This document shows, in pieces, positions 42,623-53,701 of a stretch of 64,000 nucleotides of DNA. The notes under the pieces were generated by a model. That model was not told the DNA's origin. It saw nothing but the letters and a program-made list of their open reading frames with translations, and ran no database searches. Source of the stretch: an uncultured delta proteobacterium (lineage in GTDB: Bacteria > Desulfobacterota > Desulfobacteria > Desulfobacterales > JAFDCJ01); the NCBI GenBank assembly GCA_963769935.1, contig CAVYNY010000007.1, forward strand, positions 243,343 through 307,342, written 5' to 3'. Position numbers and translations under genes: made by a program. The number at the start of each line of letters is the position of its first letter. The first letter of the stretch is position 1.

Positions 42623-44086
42623 TCACTCACGGCATATTATCTTGCTGTCTCCCGGAACCATTGACCGATCGCCCTCAATTTCAACATTAAGCTCATGTCT
42701 GATTTCCAGATCGACAATCTCCCGGCGTTTTTTATTCAGAAGATATTCTGCCACATCCACCGGCACGATTCCTTTGACCCGCTTGGCTTTTTCTTTGAGC
42801 GTTTCGAGGCTGAGTTTGCGTAGAAAACCGATGCCCAGCGTCTCGGCCGAAGGAACCAGCCCCTTGCCCTGACAATATTTACAGGGCAGATAACTGCCGA
42901 ATTCGATCGAGGGGCGCATTCGCTGGCGTGACATCTCCAACAATCCAAACCGTGAGATTTTGCCGACTTTTGTGCGGGCCTTGTCTTCTTTTACGAATTG
43001 TCTCAGGGTGCGTTCGATTTCGGATCGATGTTTGGCATCCTTCATGTCGATAAAATCGATTACGATTAATCCCCCCAGATCCCTTAACCGCAGCTGTCGC
43101 GCAATTTCTTCGGCCGCCTCGAGATCGGTTTGGAATGCCGTTTGTTCAATAGACTTCTCATGGGTGGATTTACCGGAATTTACATCCACTGAGACCATGG
43201 CCTCGGTTTGCTCGATGACAAGGGTTCCGCCTGATTTTAAGGCGACCCGGCTTTCAAATATTGACGCGATCTGGTCTTCGAGCTGAAACTTGGAGAAAAT
43301 GGGTTTGGCGCCTTTGTAAAGCTTGACGATCTTGTCGTGCCGGCTCGCAAAAAGCCTGATAAATTCCCGCACCTCATTGAATACGGTAGCCTCGTCAATC
43401 AAAATCTCGGCCACTTCCTGGGTGAAGGAGTCTCTGATCGATCGTATGACCAGATGACGCTCCTTGTAGAGCAGGGCAGGGGCCTTCCGTTTCATCACGC
43501 TGTCCTTGATTGTTTTCCACAGCCGAAACAAATAGGTCAAATCCTTGGAGAGAGCTGTTTTGCTGGTATTTTCGGCGGCGGTGCGGATAATGAGCCCAAA
43601 GTCCTCAGGGATCTTTAATGTGGTTACTATATCTTTCAGACGTTGGCGTTCCTCATCGCTTTCTATCTTGCGTGAAACGCCCCGGTTGTCGCTGCCCGGC
43701 CTCAAAACCATATATCTTCCCGGTAAAGAAATGAAGGTGGTAAGCATGGCTCCCTTTTTCATAAAAGGATCCTTAATAACCTGCACCATCAATTCCTGTC
43801 CGCGCCGAACCAACTTGTCGATGGACTGCTGTCCATCTTCGGGGTCCATAAAATAGTCGCTGTGAATTTCATATTTTTGCAGGAATCCGTGGCGCTCGGC
43901 ACCGTAGTCGACAAAGACAGCCTGGAGACTGGGTTCGATGCGGGAGACGATGCCTTTGTATATGTTGCCGTGGGTGATCTCCTTCAGGCTGCTCTCAATG
44001 CGAAACTCTTCAAGTTTGTTGTCTTTGACCGTTGCGACTCTACATTCTTCCGGGTCGATTGCATTTACCAAAATTTTGATGCTCAT
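42623..44086 (-). CDS. Rne/Rng family ribonuclease
   Basis: S1 domain 'GNIYKG', 'AVFVDYG', 'VDVNSG', 'LRLRDLGGLIVIDFIDM', CxxC zinc link. Confidence 0.94.
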   Translation of the reverse strand: MSIKILVNAIDPEECRVATVKDNKLEEFRIESSLKEITHGNIYKGIVSRIEPSLQAVFVDYGAERHGFLQKYEIHSDYFMDPEDGQQSIDKLVRRGQELMVQVIKDPFMKKGAMLTTFISLPGRYMVLRPGSDNRGVSRKIESDEERQRLKDIVTTLKIPEDFGLIIRTAAENTSKTALSKDLTYLFRLWKTIKDSVMKRKAPALLYKERHLVIRSIRDSFTQEVAEILIDEATVFNEVREFIRLFASRHDKIVKLYKGAKPIFSKFQLEDQIASIFESRVALKSGGTLVIEQTEAMVSVDVNSGKSTHEKSIEQTAFQTDLEAAEEIARQLRLRDLGGLIVIDFIDMKDAKHRSEIERTLRQFVKEDKARTKVGKISRFGLLEMSRQRMRPSIEFGSYLPCKYCQGKGLVPSAETLGIGFLRKLSLETLKEKAKRVKGIVPVDVAEYLLNKKRREIVDLEIRHELNVEIEGDRSMVPGDSKIICRE

Positions 44087-44343
44087 AAATTTTTATCCTT
44101 GCACTGGGCATATAAGAGATAATATTAATAATCAGTTCGATGACATGCGTTTATTTACTCGAATATTAAATTGTTAGATACAAGTCAAACGATTTCTGGC
44201 GAATAGAAGGTTGCCGATAGCCGGATTTTGAAATTTAAAGCTTTTCTTTCACGGCTTTTGGAGCTAAAACAGTAAAGGGTTAAATTAGGAACCGGGATCG
44301 GTTGAGATCTGGATGTCGGAAAATTTGAAAAGAGGAAAAGCAA

Positions 44344-46938
44344 GTGATGGATGAGAAATACACTCCTGAAGCAATTGAAACCAAATGGCAAAAAAAATGG
44401 GAAGCCTGGAGTTTATTCAAGGCAACCGAAGATCCCGGGCAGCCGAAATACTACCTGCTGGAAATGTTTCCCTATCCTTCAGGTAAGATTCATATGGGGC
44501 ATGTTCGCAATTATTCCATCGGTGATGTGGTTGCCCGGTATAAGCGCATGCGGGGATTCAATGTCCTCCACCCAATGGGCTGGGATGCTTTCGGTATGCC
44601 GGCCGAAAATGCCGCCATCGCCAATAGGACCCATCCGGCCAAATGGACCTATGCCAATATCGCTACCATGCGCGCCCAGCTCAAACGACTGGGTTTCAGT
44701 TACGACTGGGATAGAGAACTTGCTACGTGTAAACCTGAATATTATCGCTGGGAACAGTGGTTGTTCCTGCAGATGTACCAAAAAGGCCTGGCCTACCGCA
44801 AAGAATCATTCGTCAACTGGTGTGAAGACTGTCAGACCGTCCTGGCCAACGAACAGGTCGAAGCCGGCCTTTGCTGGCGCTGCGGTCGGCAGGTCCGTCA
44901 GAAGCAACTTTGGCAATGGTTTTTCAAAATAACCGACTATGCGGAAGACCTCCTGCTGTACTGTGAGAAACTGCCCGGCTGGCCCGAGAAAGTGATCACC
45001 ATGCAGAAGAACTGGATCGGCAAAAGTATCGGGGCCCAGATCAATTTTGCTGTAGAAAACCAGGATGCTTCGATTCCGGTGTTCACCACCCGCCAGGATA
45101 CGGTATTCGGTGCAACGTTTATGGTTCTGGCGCCGGAACATCCGCTGACGACCAAACTTTCCCGCGGAACTGCCCAGCAAAAAGAGGTCGATGATTTTGT
45201 TGAGAAAATTTCGCTGCAGGATCGTTCCCCCCGTTCGATTGAAGATTACGAAAAAGAAGGCGTGTTCACCGGGGCTTACTGCCTCAACCCCCTGAGCGGC
45301 CGACGGATTCCGGTTTACACGGCCAATTTTGCTTTGATGGAATACGGCACCGGTGCCGTGATGGCTGTTCCGGCGCATGATCAGCGGGATTTTGATTTTG
45401 CTAAAAAATACGGACTTGACATTATTGTGGTCGTACAGCCGGAGGATGCGGTGCTTGATGGGCATACCCTGACGGAAGCATATGCCGGGGAAGGGGTCAT
45501 GATAAATTCCGGTCGGTTCAACGGCATCGGTAATCTGAAGGCCAAGGATGAAATCGCCCAGTATCTGGAAAAGAACGGCGTAGGCCGGCGGTCGGTCAGC
45601 TTCAGACTGCGGGACTGGGGAATCTCCCGGCAGCGATACTGGGGGGCACCGATTCCGATGATCCACTGCGATCACTGCGGTATCGTGCCGGTACCGGAAA
45701 AGGATCTGCCGGTGGTGCTGCCGGAAGATGCGAATATGCTGGAAGACGGAAAATCCCCCCTTCCCGTGCTGGAGAATTTTATTCATGCGACTTGTCCCCG
45801 ATGCGGCAGCTCTATGGCCAGACGAGAAACCGATACCATGGACACCTTTGTGGAATCTTCCTGGTATTTTGAACGGTACTGCAGCCCGCAATGGGATACC
45901 GGCATGTTTGACACGGGGGCCGTCAACTACTGGATGCCGGTGGATCAATACATCGGCGGCGTCGAGCATGCTATTTTACATCTGCTCTATTCACGGTTTT
46001 ATACGCGGGTGCTGAATGATCAGGGGCTGGTTAAATTTAAAGAGCCTTTTACCAATCTTCTGACCCAGGGGATGGTGTGCAAGGAAACGGTGATGTGCCC
46101 AACGCACGGATTTCTGCTGCCCGAAGAAGTTGACGGCGACAGGGATTATCGCCTGTGTAAAAGGTGCGGCAAACCGGTTACCGTCGGCCGGGTGGAGAAG
46201 ATGTCGAAATCAAAGAAGAATGTCATAGATCCGAATATTTTGCTGGATAAATACGGGGCCGATACGACACGGTTTTTTTGTCTTTTTGCCGCGCCGCCCG
46301 AACGAGATCTGGAGTGGAGCGAACAGGGCGTTGAAGGCGGCTTCCGGTTTTTAAACCGGGTTTGGCGTCTGGCTGCGGCTGTGATGGAGGCGATAAAGGA
46401 TGCAAAACCGTTTGATGGAAATTCCGACGATTTGGATGACGTGCTGCGGGAAGTGTATCGCAAAACCCATCAAACAATTTATAAGGTTACAAAAGATATC
46501 GAAGACCGCTTCCATTTCAATACCGCTATCAGCGCCGTTATGGAGCTGTCCAACACCTTGAGCGGGGTTGACCTGCAAAGGAAGCACAGCCAATTGCTGC
46601 CGGTGATGAGATTTGCCATGGAATCTCTGACGCTGCTTCTGTCTCCGATTGTACCGCATTTTGCGGAAGAACTCTGGGAGGCACTTGGCAATCAGTCCAG
46701 TGTGCTGCTGGCTGCATGGCCTCAATACCGTGAGGATGCGCTTGAAACAGACGAACTGCTGATCGTGGTCCAGGTTAACGGCAAACTGCGGAGCCGCTTC
46801 CGGGTTAGCGCCGATACCGACGAGTCGACCATCAGAGAAATTGCACTGAAGGACGAGCGGGTCGACAAGTTTATAGGCGGCAAAAAAATTAGAAAAGTCA
46901 TTGTGGTCAAAAATAAACTGGTCAACATTGTGATATAA
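44344..46938 (+). CDS. leuS: Leucine--tRNA ligase
   Basis: 'MFPYPSG.IHMGH', '[15 protein letters not shown]', KMSKS. Confidence 0.97.
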   Translation: MMDEKYTPEAIETKWQKKWEAWSLFKATEDPGQPKYYLLEMFPYPSGKIHMGHVRNYSIGDVVARYKRMRGFNVLHPMGWDAFGMPAENAAIANRTHPAKWTYANIATMRAQLKRLGFSYDWDRELATCKPEYYRWEQWLFLQMYQKGLAYRKESFVNWCEDCQTVLANEQVEAGLCWRCGRQVRQKQLWQWFFKITDYAEDLLLYCEKLPGWPEKVITMQKNWIGKSIGAQINFAVENQDASIPVFTTRQDTVFGATFMVLAPEHPLTTKLSRGTAQQKEVDDFVEKISLQDRSPRSIEDYEKEGVFTGAYCLNPLSGRRIPVYTANFALMEYGTGAVMAVPAHDQRDFDFAKKYGLDIIVVVQPEDAVLDGHTLTEAYAGEGVMINSGRFNGIGNLKAKDEIAQYLEKNGVGRRSVSFRLRDWGISRQRYWGAPIPMIHCDHCGIVPVPEKDLPVVLPEDANMLEDGKSPLPVLENFIHATCPRCGSSMARRETDTMDTFVESSWYFERYCSPQWDTGMFDTGAVNYWMPVDQYIGGVEHAILHLLYSRFYTRVLNDQGLVKFKEPFTNLLTQGMVCKETVMCPTHGFLLPEEVDGDRDYRLCKRCGKPVTVGRVEKMSKSKKNVIDPNILLDKYGADTTRFFCLFAAPPERDLEWSEQGVEGGFRFLNRVWRLAAAVMEAIKDAKPFDGNSDDLDDVLREVYRKTHQTIYKVTKDIEDRFHFNTAISAVMELSNTLSGVDLQRKHSQLLPVMRFAMESLTLLLSPIVPHFAEELWEALGNQSSVLLAAWPQYREDALETDELLIVVQVNGKLRSRFRVSADTDESTIREIALKDERVDKFIGGKKIRKVIVVKNKLVNIVI

Positions 46939-46964
46939 TCGACAGGCATAAGGTTAAAGGTTTA

Positions 46965-47489
46965 TTGTTTAAACAAAGCAGAAAAATCGGGTTCATGATT
47001 CTTTGTACCGTTTTAGTCGCCGCCTGCGGCTATCGGTTTGCGGGCCAGGGTCAATATCCAAAGGGCGTGCAACATATTTTCATAGAGGTTTTTGAAAATC
47101 GCACGTCTAAAACGGGGATTGAAAGGACCGTTACCAATCAGGTTATTTTTGAGTTTACCCGGCAAAGAGGAAAGAGTCTGGCCAGCAGCTCCGCGGACGC
47201 GGATGCCATCTTAAAAGGCGTGATCAAAAAGATTCGCACCCAGACGATTGCAAGGGTCGGCACTGAAGTGGCCAGCCAGCGGGAGGTTTTTATGACGGTT
47301 GACCTTGTCCTGGTCCCCAAGGACGGCGGAAAGGTCCTGTGGGCCGCTAATGACATTTCAGATCGACAAGCTTATGATGTCGTTGAAAACAGCAAGATCG
47401 CAACCGATCAAAATGAGACGAATGCCATCACAGTGCTATCGGAACGAATGTCTGAGAGAATCTTCAACCGGCTAACCAATGATTTTTAA
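46965..47489 (+). CDS. lptE: LPS assembly lipoprotein LptE
   Basis: Lipobox 'VAACGY'; conserved position after leuS. Confidence 0.82.
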   Translation: MFKQSRKIGFMILCTVLVAACGYRFAGQGQYPKGVQHIFIEVFENRTSKTGIERTVTNQVIFEFTRQRGKSLASSSADADAILKGVIKKIRTQTIARVGTEVASQREVFMTVDLVLVPKDGGKVLWAANDISDRQAYDVVENSKIATDQNETNAITVLSERMSERIFNRLTNDF

Positions 47490-47529
47490 TTAAACCGCCC
47501 TCAAAAATACCGCTCAATTCAGGGAGCAA

Positions 47530-47796
47530 TTAAGCCTTGGTGGAATTGGCCAGTTTTGCAAGGCGGGAAATTTTTCGGGCGGCGGTTTTTTTGTGAATCA
47601 CTCCCTTTTTAGCGGCCTTGTCAATGATGGATTGGGCCGCGGTTATCTTAGCCCTTGTTTTCTCACTGGATAATTCTGCCGCTGTTGAGCGTACGTCTTT
47701 GACGATACTTTTAATTCTTGTTTTAGTTGATTTGTTGCGCAGTCGCCTTATTTCGTTTTGGCCAGCGCGTTTGATGGCCGACTTATGATTTGCCAA
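47530..47796 (-). CDS. rpsT: 30S ribosomal protein S20
   Basis: 'MANHKSAIKR', 'KGVIHKKTAARKISRL'. Confidence 0.97.
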   Translation of the reverse strand: MANHKSAIKRAGQNEIRRLRNKSTKTRIKSIVKDVRSTAAELSSEKTRAKITAAQSIIDKAAKKGVIHKKTAARKISRLAKLANSTKA

Positions 47797-48007
47797 GGGT
47801 ACTTACTCCTTTCCGTAATTTGTTTGAACCTGGATAAATATTAATTAATCGATGATCTGTCAAGAAATTTTAGCGATTTTTAACGCAAATAATTTTTGCC
47901 CCGATCCTTTCTTTGCTTCCGGGTTTTAATCCAGAGTTTCCTATGGTGACGGATCAGAGCCGGGATCCCCGATTCCGGATTCAATATTTGCACTGCGAGC
48001 TGTTGCG

Positions 48008-49567
48008 ATGTCGGAAAATTCCCGGGTGGTAAAAGCTGCCGGTGTTGTGGGTACGGCGACGCTCTTGAGCCGCATTTTGGGCTTTATTCGCGATGCCGTG
48101 ATTGCCTGGTATTTCGGAGCCGGTTTCAGCTCCGATGCATTTATCGCAGCGTTCAGAATACCCAATCTGCTGAGAAGGCTGGTCGCCGAGGGTTCCCTGA
48201 GCTCGGCTTTTATTCCGGTGTTTACGGATTTGATGGTCAATAAGGGGCGCGGTGAAGCGTTTGATATGGCGCGTTCAGCCTTCAGACTGCTGTGCTTGAT
48301 AGTGATTTTTATAGCCGGTAGCGGGATACTGCTGGCGCCGCTGATCGTAAGGGGGGTTGCCCCCGGTTTTGGTGCGGAGAAGATCTCCCTGACCGTTGGA
48401 CTGACCCGCTTGATGTTTCCATATATAATTTTTATTGGGATGGCGGCGCTTTGCATGGGTATTCTCAATGTCCTCGGAAATTTTGCCATACCAGCCTTGG
48501 CACCGGCTCTGCTGAACATAGCCATGATAGGATCCGTGCTGTTTATTTCCCCCAGCTTGTCGCAACCGGTCACGGGGCTGGCTCTGGGGGTTTTGATTGG
48601 CGGCGCTCTGCAACTGACGCTGCAGCTGCCGGCTTTAATCCGCAAAGGATTTCGATTCTGGGAAAAAGCCCGCTGGTTTCATCCGGGTCTGAAAAGGGTC
48701 GGCACCTTGATTCCTCCGGTTCTCTTAGGAGGTGCCGTCTACCAGCTGAATATCGTTGTCGGCACTCTACTGGGATCACTGCTGTCCGAAGGCAGTGTCA
48801 CCTACCTTTATTTCGCCGATCGGCTGGTGCAATTTCCTCTGGGGATATTTGCAATTGCTACGGCCACCGCCGTCATGCCAAGTCTTTCCCGGCAGGCTGC
48901 AGCCCGGCAGATTAAAGAGCTGCGAAATACATTCGCCTTTGCACTCAGGCTGGTTTTCTTTATTTCAATTCCCGCCATGGTGGGTCTTATCGTGTTAAGG
49001 GAACCCATCGTGGCCATTTTGTTTCAGAGGGGTGAATTTAATGCCGCCGCAACACAGTTGACGGCCCAGGCACTTTTATACTATTCTTTAGGTCTATGGG
49101 CTTTTTCGGCCGTGAAAATTGTTACAGCAACTTTTTTTGCTTTGCAGGACACCAGGACCCCTGTGCGCATGGCGATTATTTCAATTTCAGCCAATATCAT
49201 CCTGGGAGTTGTGTTGATGAAACCGCTGGCTCATGGCGGACTTGCTCTGGCAACGTCTCTGGCATCCATTTTGAATCTGGTGCTTCTTTTTCGCGCTTTA
49301 AGGATTAAATTGGGATCTCTGGGCTGGAGAAACATCGCTAGGTCTGCCGGCCGAACCCTGCTGAATTCCGTGGCAATGGGATTGGCTGTTTGGGCGACTT
49401 CCAGGGCCATACTACCCGTTGAAAACGGGACGCTGTCGGCAATGCTAGTGGGTGTGACCGCCAGTATTGCCATTGGCCTGGGCGTATTTGTGATCATTTC
49501 CTATGTTACCAGGAGCCAGGAGCTTCATTATGTTCTGGCTGAAGCCAGGAAAGGCATTGGCAGATAA
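48008..49567 (+). CDS. murJ: Lipid II flippase MurJ
   Basis: 'SRILGFIRD', 'AFRIPNLLRRL..EG', 'ADRLVQFPLG', 'DTRTP'. Confidence 0.96.
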   Translation: MSENSRVVKAAGVVGTATLLSRILGFIRDAVIAWYFGAGFSSDAFIAAFRIPNLLRRLVAEGSLSSAFIPVFTDLMVNKGRGEAFDMARSAFRLLCLIVIFIAGSGILLAPLIVRGVAPGFGAEKISLTVGLTRLMFPYIIFIGMAALCMGILNVLGNFAIPALAPALLNIAMIGSVLFISPSLSQPVTGLALGVLIGGALQLTLQLPALIRKGFRFWEKARWFHPGLKRVGTLIPPVLLGGAVYQLNIVVGTLLGSLLSEGSVTYLYFADRLVQFPLGIFAIATATAVMPSLSRQAAARQIKELRNTFAFALRLVFFISIPAMVGLIVLREPIVAILFQRGEFNAAATQLTAQALLYYSLGLWAFSAVKIVTATFFALQDTRTPVRMAIISISANIILGVVLMKPLAHGGLALATSLASILNLVLLFRALRIKLGSLGWRNIARSAGRTLLNSVAMGLAVWATSRAILPVENGTLSAMLVGVTASIAIGLGVFVIISYVTRSQELHYVLAEARKGIGR

Positions 49568-49866
49568 TGACAAAAAATCAAAGTATTCTGTTATCAATTT
49601 CAATCCTCTTTTTGATAGCATTATTCTTTTTTATCATTGTCAGCGAGCACGGGCTGTTGGACCTCAGATCGCTGAAGCTGGAAAAGGCTAAACTTGTCCT
49701 GGAAAATAGACGACTTACCGAGGAAAATCTTGCTATCAGCATTGAAATCGAGCGGTTGAAAAATGATCCCGCCTATATTGAAAACATTGCCAGGCATGAG
49801 CTTGGCATGATCGGGGAAAATGAAATTATATTAAAATCAAGAAATCAACCGGATCGGGGAAAATGA
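49567..49866 (+). CDS. ftsB: Septum formation initiator (FtsB/DivIC family)
   Basis: TM helix + coiled coil + 'IENIARHELGMI..NE'. Confidence 0.82.
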   Translation: MTKNQSILLSISILFLIALFFFIIVSEHGLLDLRSLKLEKAKLVLENRRLTEENLAISIEIERLKNDPAYIENIARHELGMIGENEIILKSRNQPDRGK

Positions 49867-50138
49867 ACCAGGAAGTCGATATTTACACTGAGACGATGGC
49901 AAAAGTTTATGCGGACCAGGGCCACTGGCCCAAAGCTGTTAAAATTTACCGATACCTGTTGGCAAAGGAACCGCTGCGACAGGATCTCGCTGAAGCGCTG
50001 GCCGAAGCTGAAAAAAAGATGGGAGACAGTGAACCAAAGAATCCGGAGCTGCTTGTGCCGCTATTTCAGGAATGGATCGAATTGCTTTTTAAAAGCGAAA
50101 AATTGCAGAAGCTGAAGAAGTTGAGAAATATGCATTAA
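49863..50138 (+). CDS. Small TPR-like hypothetical protein
   Basis: 'TETMAKVYADQGHWPKAVKIYRYLL..EP' resembles a single TPR; overlaps the upstream stop. Confidence 0.7.
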   Translation: MNQEVDIYTETMAKVYADQGHWPKAVKIYRYLLAKEPLRQDLAEALAEAEKKMGDSEPKNPELLVPLFQEWIELLFKSEKLQKLKKLRNMH

Positions 50139-50343
50139 GGGTTCAAGGAGAGAGGTTCGGAGGTTCAGGGTTTAGAGGTTCAGGGTTCAAGGTTTAAAGG
50201 CTCATGCTTCAACCCATCGGCTGCCCGACATAGCTGCCGGTTTCTCGACCCAGTAAGTTCTTGCTTGAGGAGTCTCATACTAATTTGTATATCACGCATA
50301 AATTCTGAGGCAAGGTAACCCTGAACGGGGAACCTTGAACCTC
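50139..50343. repeat. Inverted 7-8-nt tandem element between convergent genes
   Basis: GGTTCAAGG..AGGTTCGG AGGTTCAG GGTTTAG AGGTTCAG GGTTCAA GGTTT versus AACCCTGAAC..GAACCTTGAACC at 50317-50343. Confidence 0.78.
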
Positions 50344-50350
50344 GGGAGCG

Positions 50351-50980
50351 CTACTGCTTAGGTTTTTCCATTTTGAAGGCATCGGACGCCTTGCCCTCTG
50401 AGAAAAACACGGCTTTTATGCGTTTGTCCTTGCTTCCTTCCACCTGAATCCGCCCCTCTTTCTGATAAAGTGTAATTTTAGGCCCGGTAATGGAATTCTT
50501 GTCTTTAAACAGTTTGGCATCCTCACCGGTCAGAATAATCGTCTCTGCTGCCGTATCGTATTCAGCCGTGTCGGCGTCGGCCGAATATTGTTCCGATCTT
50601 ATTTCTACATGTCCGGTGGCCACGATTTTCCTTAGCGACTGTTCCGTTGATTTGTTTTTCTCTTCTGAATTGCTTTTCTCTTCGGTATTCAACAAATTCC
50701 CTTTATAATATATTCTCAATTTGTCGGAAGTAATCACCCAATCTGCCTGGACTACTTTAACATTTCCTATAAAATCAGCATATTGCTCTTCATTGTTTGA
50801 AATAAGCTGATCGGCGGTAATTTGGATGGGCTCATCCGGGGGCTGCTTGGCGGCCGTTTTGGCCTCTGATTGGCCGGCGGCAGTCGCCGCAACCGCATAC
50901 AAAACGGCGGCAGCCAATGCAATAACCCGCAGTAGGCGAATGCGGCATGTTTTGGGTATCGTATCATGAAATATCGGCAT
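50351..50980 (-). CDS. LptA/OstA family periplasmic protein
   Basis: Signal peptide; 'PIQITADQL', 'FIGNVKVVQ', 'IVATGHVEI', 'AEYD...IILTG'; RBS before ATG 50980. Confidence 0.82.
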   Translation of the reverse strand: MPIFHDTIPKTCRIRLLRVIALAAAVLYAVAATAAGQSEAKTAAKQPPDEPIQITADQLISNNEEQYADFIGNVKVVQADWVITSDKLRIYYKGNLLNTEEKSNSEEKNKSTEQSLRKIVATGHVEIRSEQYSADADTAEYDTAAETIILTGEDAKLFKDKNSITGPKITLYQKEGRIQVEGSKDKRIKAVFFSEGKASDAFKMEKPKQ

Positions 50981-51059
50981 ACAACCCCCTCTGATGTTAT
51001 TCCGAATTTGGTTTAAATATAGCAGCTGGACGGGATATTGCAACAGGAAAAGATGTGTT

Positions 51060-51359
51060 CTATTCCAAGCCTGTGTTTGTGCTCCGTGCCTGGAGGTCGG
51101 TGATGATATCCAAAGCCAACTCCTTGGCATTGGCCAAATCCGATTCATTCAGAGATTCCAGATCTTCGACAGTATCTCGCAGGGCATCGGCCGCTTTTTG
51201 CGACAGGTTCGTGTATATTCTTAATTGGGCCCGGCCTCCCATACCTTTCATGGATTTTGCCAGATCGCCGGTATTGATTTTCATGAGAAACTTTTCGATG
51301 GCGTCATCATCCAGTTTCTTAGGCGCAGACCGGCGGTGAGTTTTTTTCTTGCATCCCAA
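51060..51359 (-). CDS. Stand-alone FliG C-terminal domain-like protein
   Basis: 'LDDDAIEKFL..I..GDLAKSMKG....Q.RIYTNLSQKAADALRDTVE......DLANA' aligns by eye with FliG_C; start uncertain. Confidence 0.62.
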   Translation of the reverse strand: MGCKKKTHRRSAPKKLDDDAIEKFLMKINTGDLAKSMKGMGGRAQLRIYTNLSQKAADALRDTVEDLESLNESDLANAKELALDIITDLQARSTNTGLE

Positions 51360-51672
51360 ATAGATATTGAATATAATATGTGCTGTAACGTGAAAACTAT
51401 CAAATAATGAGAAAATACCGTATCGCAGCCGATCTTTCTTCCGCTAATCTTGTCACTCTGGATTTAAACTCCCTTGACTGGCAACATGATTAACAGCAAA
51501 CTGTTTGAAATTGCACCACTCTGCATTTCGGGAGGGTGTTTATCAAGGTTATTATGTACATGGCCGCAGCTTTACCAGGCGGTCCGGTTTCGTTCTGCAG
51601 GAAAGAGCCATTTGTCAATTGGACAGCCTGAAGTTTGGAACCGCAACTCTATTAAGGAAGGAGGGTGCCAGT

Positions 51673-51873
51673 ATGGCCAATGGAATTGTCAAATGGTTTA
51701 ATGAACGTAAAGGCTACGGATTTATTGAACAGGATGAGGGCCCGGATGTTTTTGTTCACCATTCGGGTATCAATGCGCCTGGTTTTAAAACGCTCAATGA
51801 AGGCGACCGGGTCACTTTTGACATTGAAGAGGGGGGCAAGGGTCCCCGGGCTGTCAATGTTACGGTCGTATAA
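51673..51873 (+). CDS. Cold-shock protein (CspA family)
   Basis: RNP1 KGYGFI, RNP2 VFVH; RBS GGAGG before ATG 51673. Confidence 0.95.
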   Translation: MANGIVKWFNERKGYGFIEQDEGPDVFVHHSGINAPGFKTLNEGDRVTFDIEEGGKGPRAVNVTVV

Positions 51874-51888
51874 CTCCTGGACCTGGAG

Positions 51889-51928
51889 AAAAAGGAGCAT
51901 TCCTGCATGTTTGAGGGATGCTCTTTTT
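51889..51928. terminator. Bidirectional intrinsic terminator
   Basis: A-run-GAGCATTCCT...AGGGATGCTC-TTTTT between convergent genes. Confidence 0.7.
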
Positions 51929-51960
51929 CGTTTTATCGCAGGTATGGGCCATGCGGCCCT

Positions 51961-52458
51961 TTAAAAGTCTTCATCCTCGTCAAATTCTTTATGCGGGGTG
52001 CTCTCGGCTGAATCACTTTCATTGTACTCGGAATCATCATCGACCAAATCAACAATGTCTTCTTCCGATTCGGCCTCTTTGTCGTTCTCAATTTCCACTA
52101 CTGACCCCAACTCGCCCTCATTGCCAAGCAGGTCTACCTTATCGTCGAATATAAGATTTTCGTTTTGTTCGCCGTTGGACGCATACATTCCAATGACCGT
52201 ATCGGCAATCAGATCCATATAGGCGCCTATTGGAAAAAAATGCTGATTTCGCAAAAAGAAGATCAATTCGTCTTTGCCCTTCACGGATGCTTTCTTAACT
52301 TCTTCGGCTTCATAAATTTGTTCGCAGAGCAATGAAAAATCCTCATCCTGCAGACCGGGGAGCTTTTGTTTTCTGGAATCTGCAGTCAATACGGCATATT
52401 CTTGGATATGCAGATTTTTGCCTGCGACATTTTTCCATATGTGATATTTTTGTTTCAT
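51961..52458 (-). CDS. Hypothetical protein with strongly acidic C-terminal tail
   Basis: 165-aa ORF with purine-rich RBS; D/E-rich last 50 aa. Confidence 0.72.
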   Translation of the reverse strand: MKQKYHIWKNVAGKNLHIQEYAVLTADSRKQKLPGLQDEDFSLLCEQIYEAEEVKKASVKGKDELIFFLRNQHFFPIGAYMDLIADTVIGMYASNGEQNENLIFDDKVDLLGNEGELGSVVEIENDKEAESEEDIVDLVDDDSEYNESDSAESTPHKEFDEDEDF

Positions 52459-52652
52459 CGATTACCTTCCTCTGTTTTACGGCAACCTCTATCCGGTCTT
52501 AAATGACCAGGGGCGTTCAGCTTCTTTCTTGTGGAACGGAAACCCGTAACTATCGTGAATCAGCCGCAAGATGCCGGGCCAAAGCTCAATATGCAAAAAT
52601 AGTGGTTGATAATCCGTATCATTTATGCGACCATGCAAATCCAGGTGATACC

Positions 52653-52877
52653 ATGTGGAATTTACTTGACAAGATAGAATATCCTATATTGATAGGAATG
52701 GCAGCTTTCATGCTGTTGACCCCCTTCACCCCAATGCCCCATGTTTTAAATAAAATGATCATGCTCAAGAACGGCACGTTGACAAGACCACTTGATATCT
52801 TTGATCTCATATTTCATTTGATTCCAAGCGCAGCACTCGTTTTAAAAGTTTATCGACAATGCCGTAAAAAAGTTTGA
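52653..52877 (+). CDS. Small membrane protein
   Basis: MWNLLDKIEYPILI..LTPFTPMPHV.NK..ML.NG.L.RPLDIFDL.FH; resembles a conserved small membrane-protein family (from memory); AGGTG RBS. Confidence 0.68.
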   Translation: MWNLLDKIEYPILIGMAAFMLLTPFTPMPHVLNKMIMLKNGTLTRPLDIFDLIFHLIPSAALVLKVYRQCRKKV

Positions 52878-53050
52878 GTCTGTGGTTTATGGGCTCCGGC
52901 TTGATCCGGATAATCGAAATTTTTCCCATCTGCGTCAAATCAAAGTGAACAGACCGGTTTTCGATATTTCGGTCGTAGGGGACCGCCGGCGGGAGGGCCT
53001 TGAGGAATCGATATTTTTTGAAGGCGGTGGCCGGTCCTCAGGGCAAATCA

Positions 53051-53281
53051 TCACTCGATGATTTCTAGGACATATCGCTTTCTCGTTTTCCCTGAACCGG
53101 CGCTTAAAATTGTTCGGATGGCCTGGGCTGTCCTGCCCTGCCGGCCGATAATTTTTCCCATATCATTTTTGGCAACATGAAGCTCCAATACCGTGGTATG
53201 TTTCCCTTTGACTTCGCTCACCGATACCTCCTCCGGGAAATCAACTAGTGCCCGTGCAATATAACCGATCAGATCTTTCAT
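53051..53281 (-). CDS. khpA: KH-domain RNA-binding protein (KhpA family)
   Basis: '[12 protein letters not shown]', '[20 protein letters not shown]'; RBS AAGGAGG. Confidence 0.88.
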   Translation of the reverse strand: MKDLIGYIARALVDFPEEVSVSEVKGKHTTVLELHVAKNDMGKIIGRQGRTAQAIRTILSAGSGKTRKRYVLEIIE

Positions 53282-53701
53282 CGCTCTGCCTCCTTTGGAA
53301 TTGTTCAACAGCGTGGGTGGATCAGAGTTCATTCCGATAGTTAAAAGGCAACTTCGGCTGCCGATATCGCTGATATGATCTGCAGTTGCTCATCCAGCGG
53401 AAAGCGCAAGAGCTGGCGGTCTGTTTATTTTAGGATATCTACAAAATCCCGGGTATGCTATTGCTGTTTGTTAGGTCTGCGTATACCTCACTCTTATCAG
53501 ATAGTTCTTGTGAAGTTAAGCTTTTTTTTGATTATGGCTTAATTAATCCGCTTAGGCAAAATTGAGCATCCTCATCAATTCCAATCGGACGACTGTGTTT
53601 TATCCAAAACTGGTATCACCCGTTTTCAGGGCGGAGGAATTTGGCGGGATTGATAGTGGGCAAGGCTTGAATCATAACGCATTTAATGATCTTCAAAAGG
53701 C

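Noticed and set aside
44806..45969. 387-aa minus-strand ORF
   Set aside because: Antisense shadow of leuS
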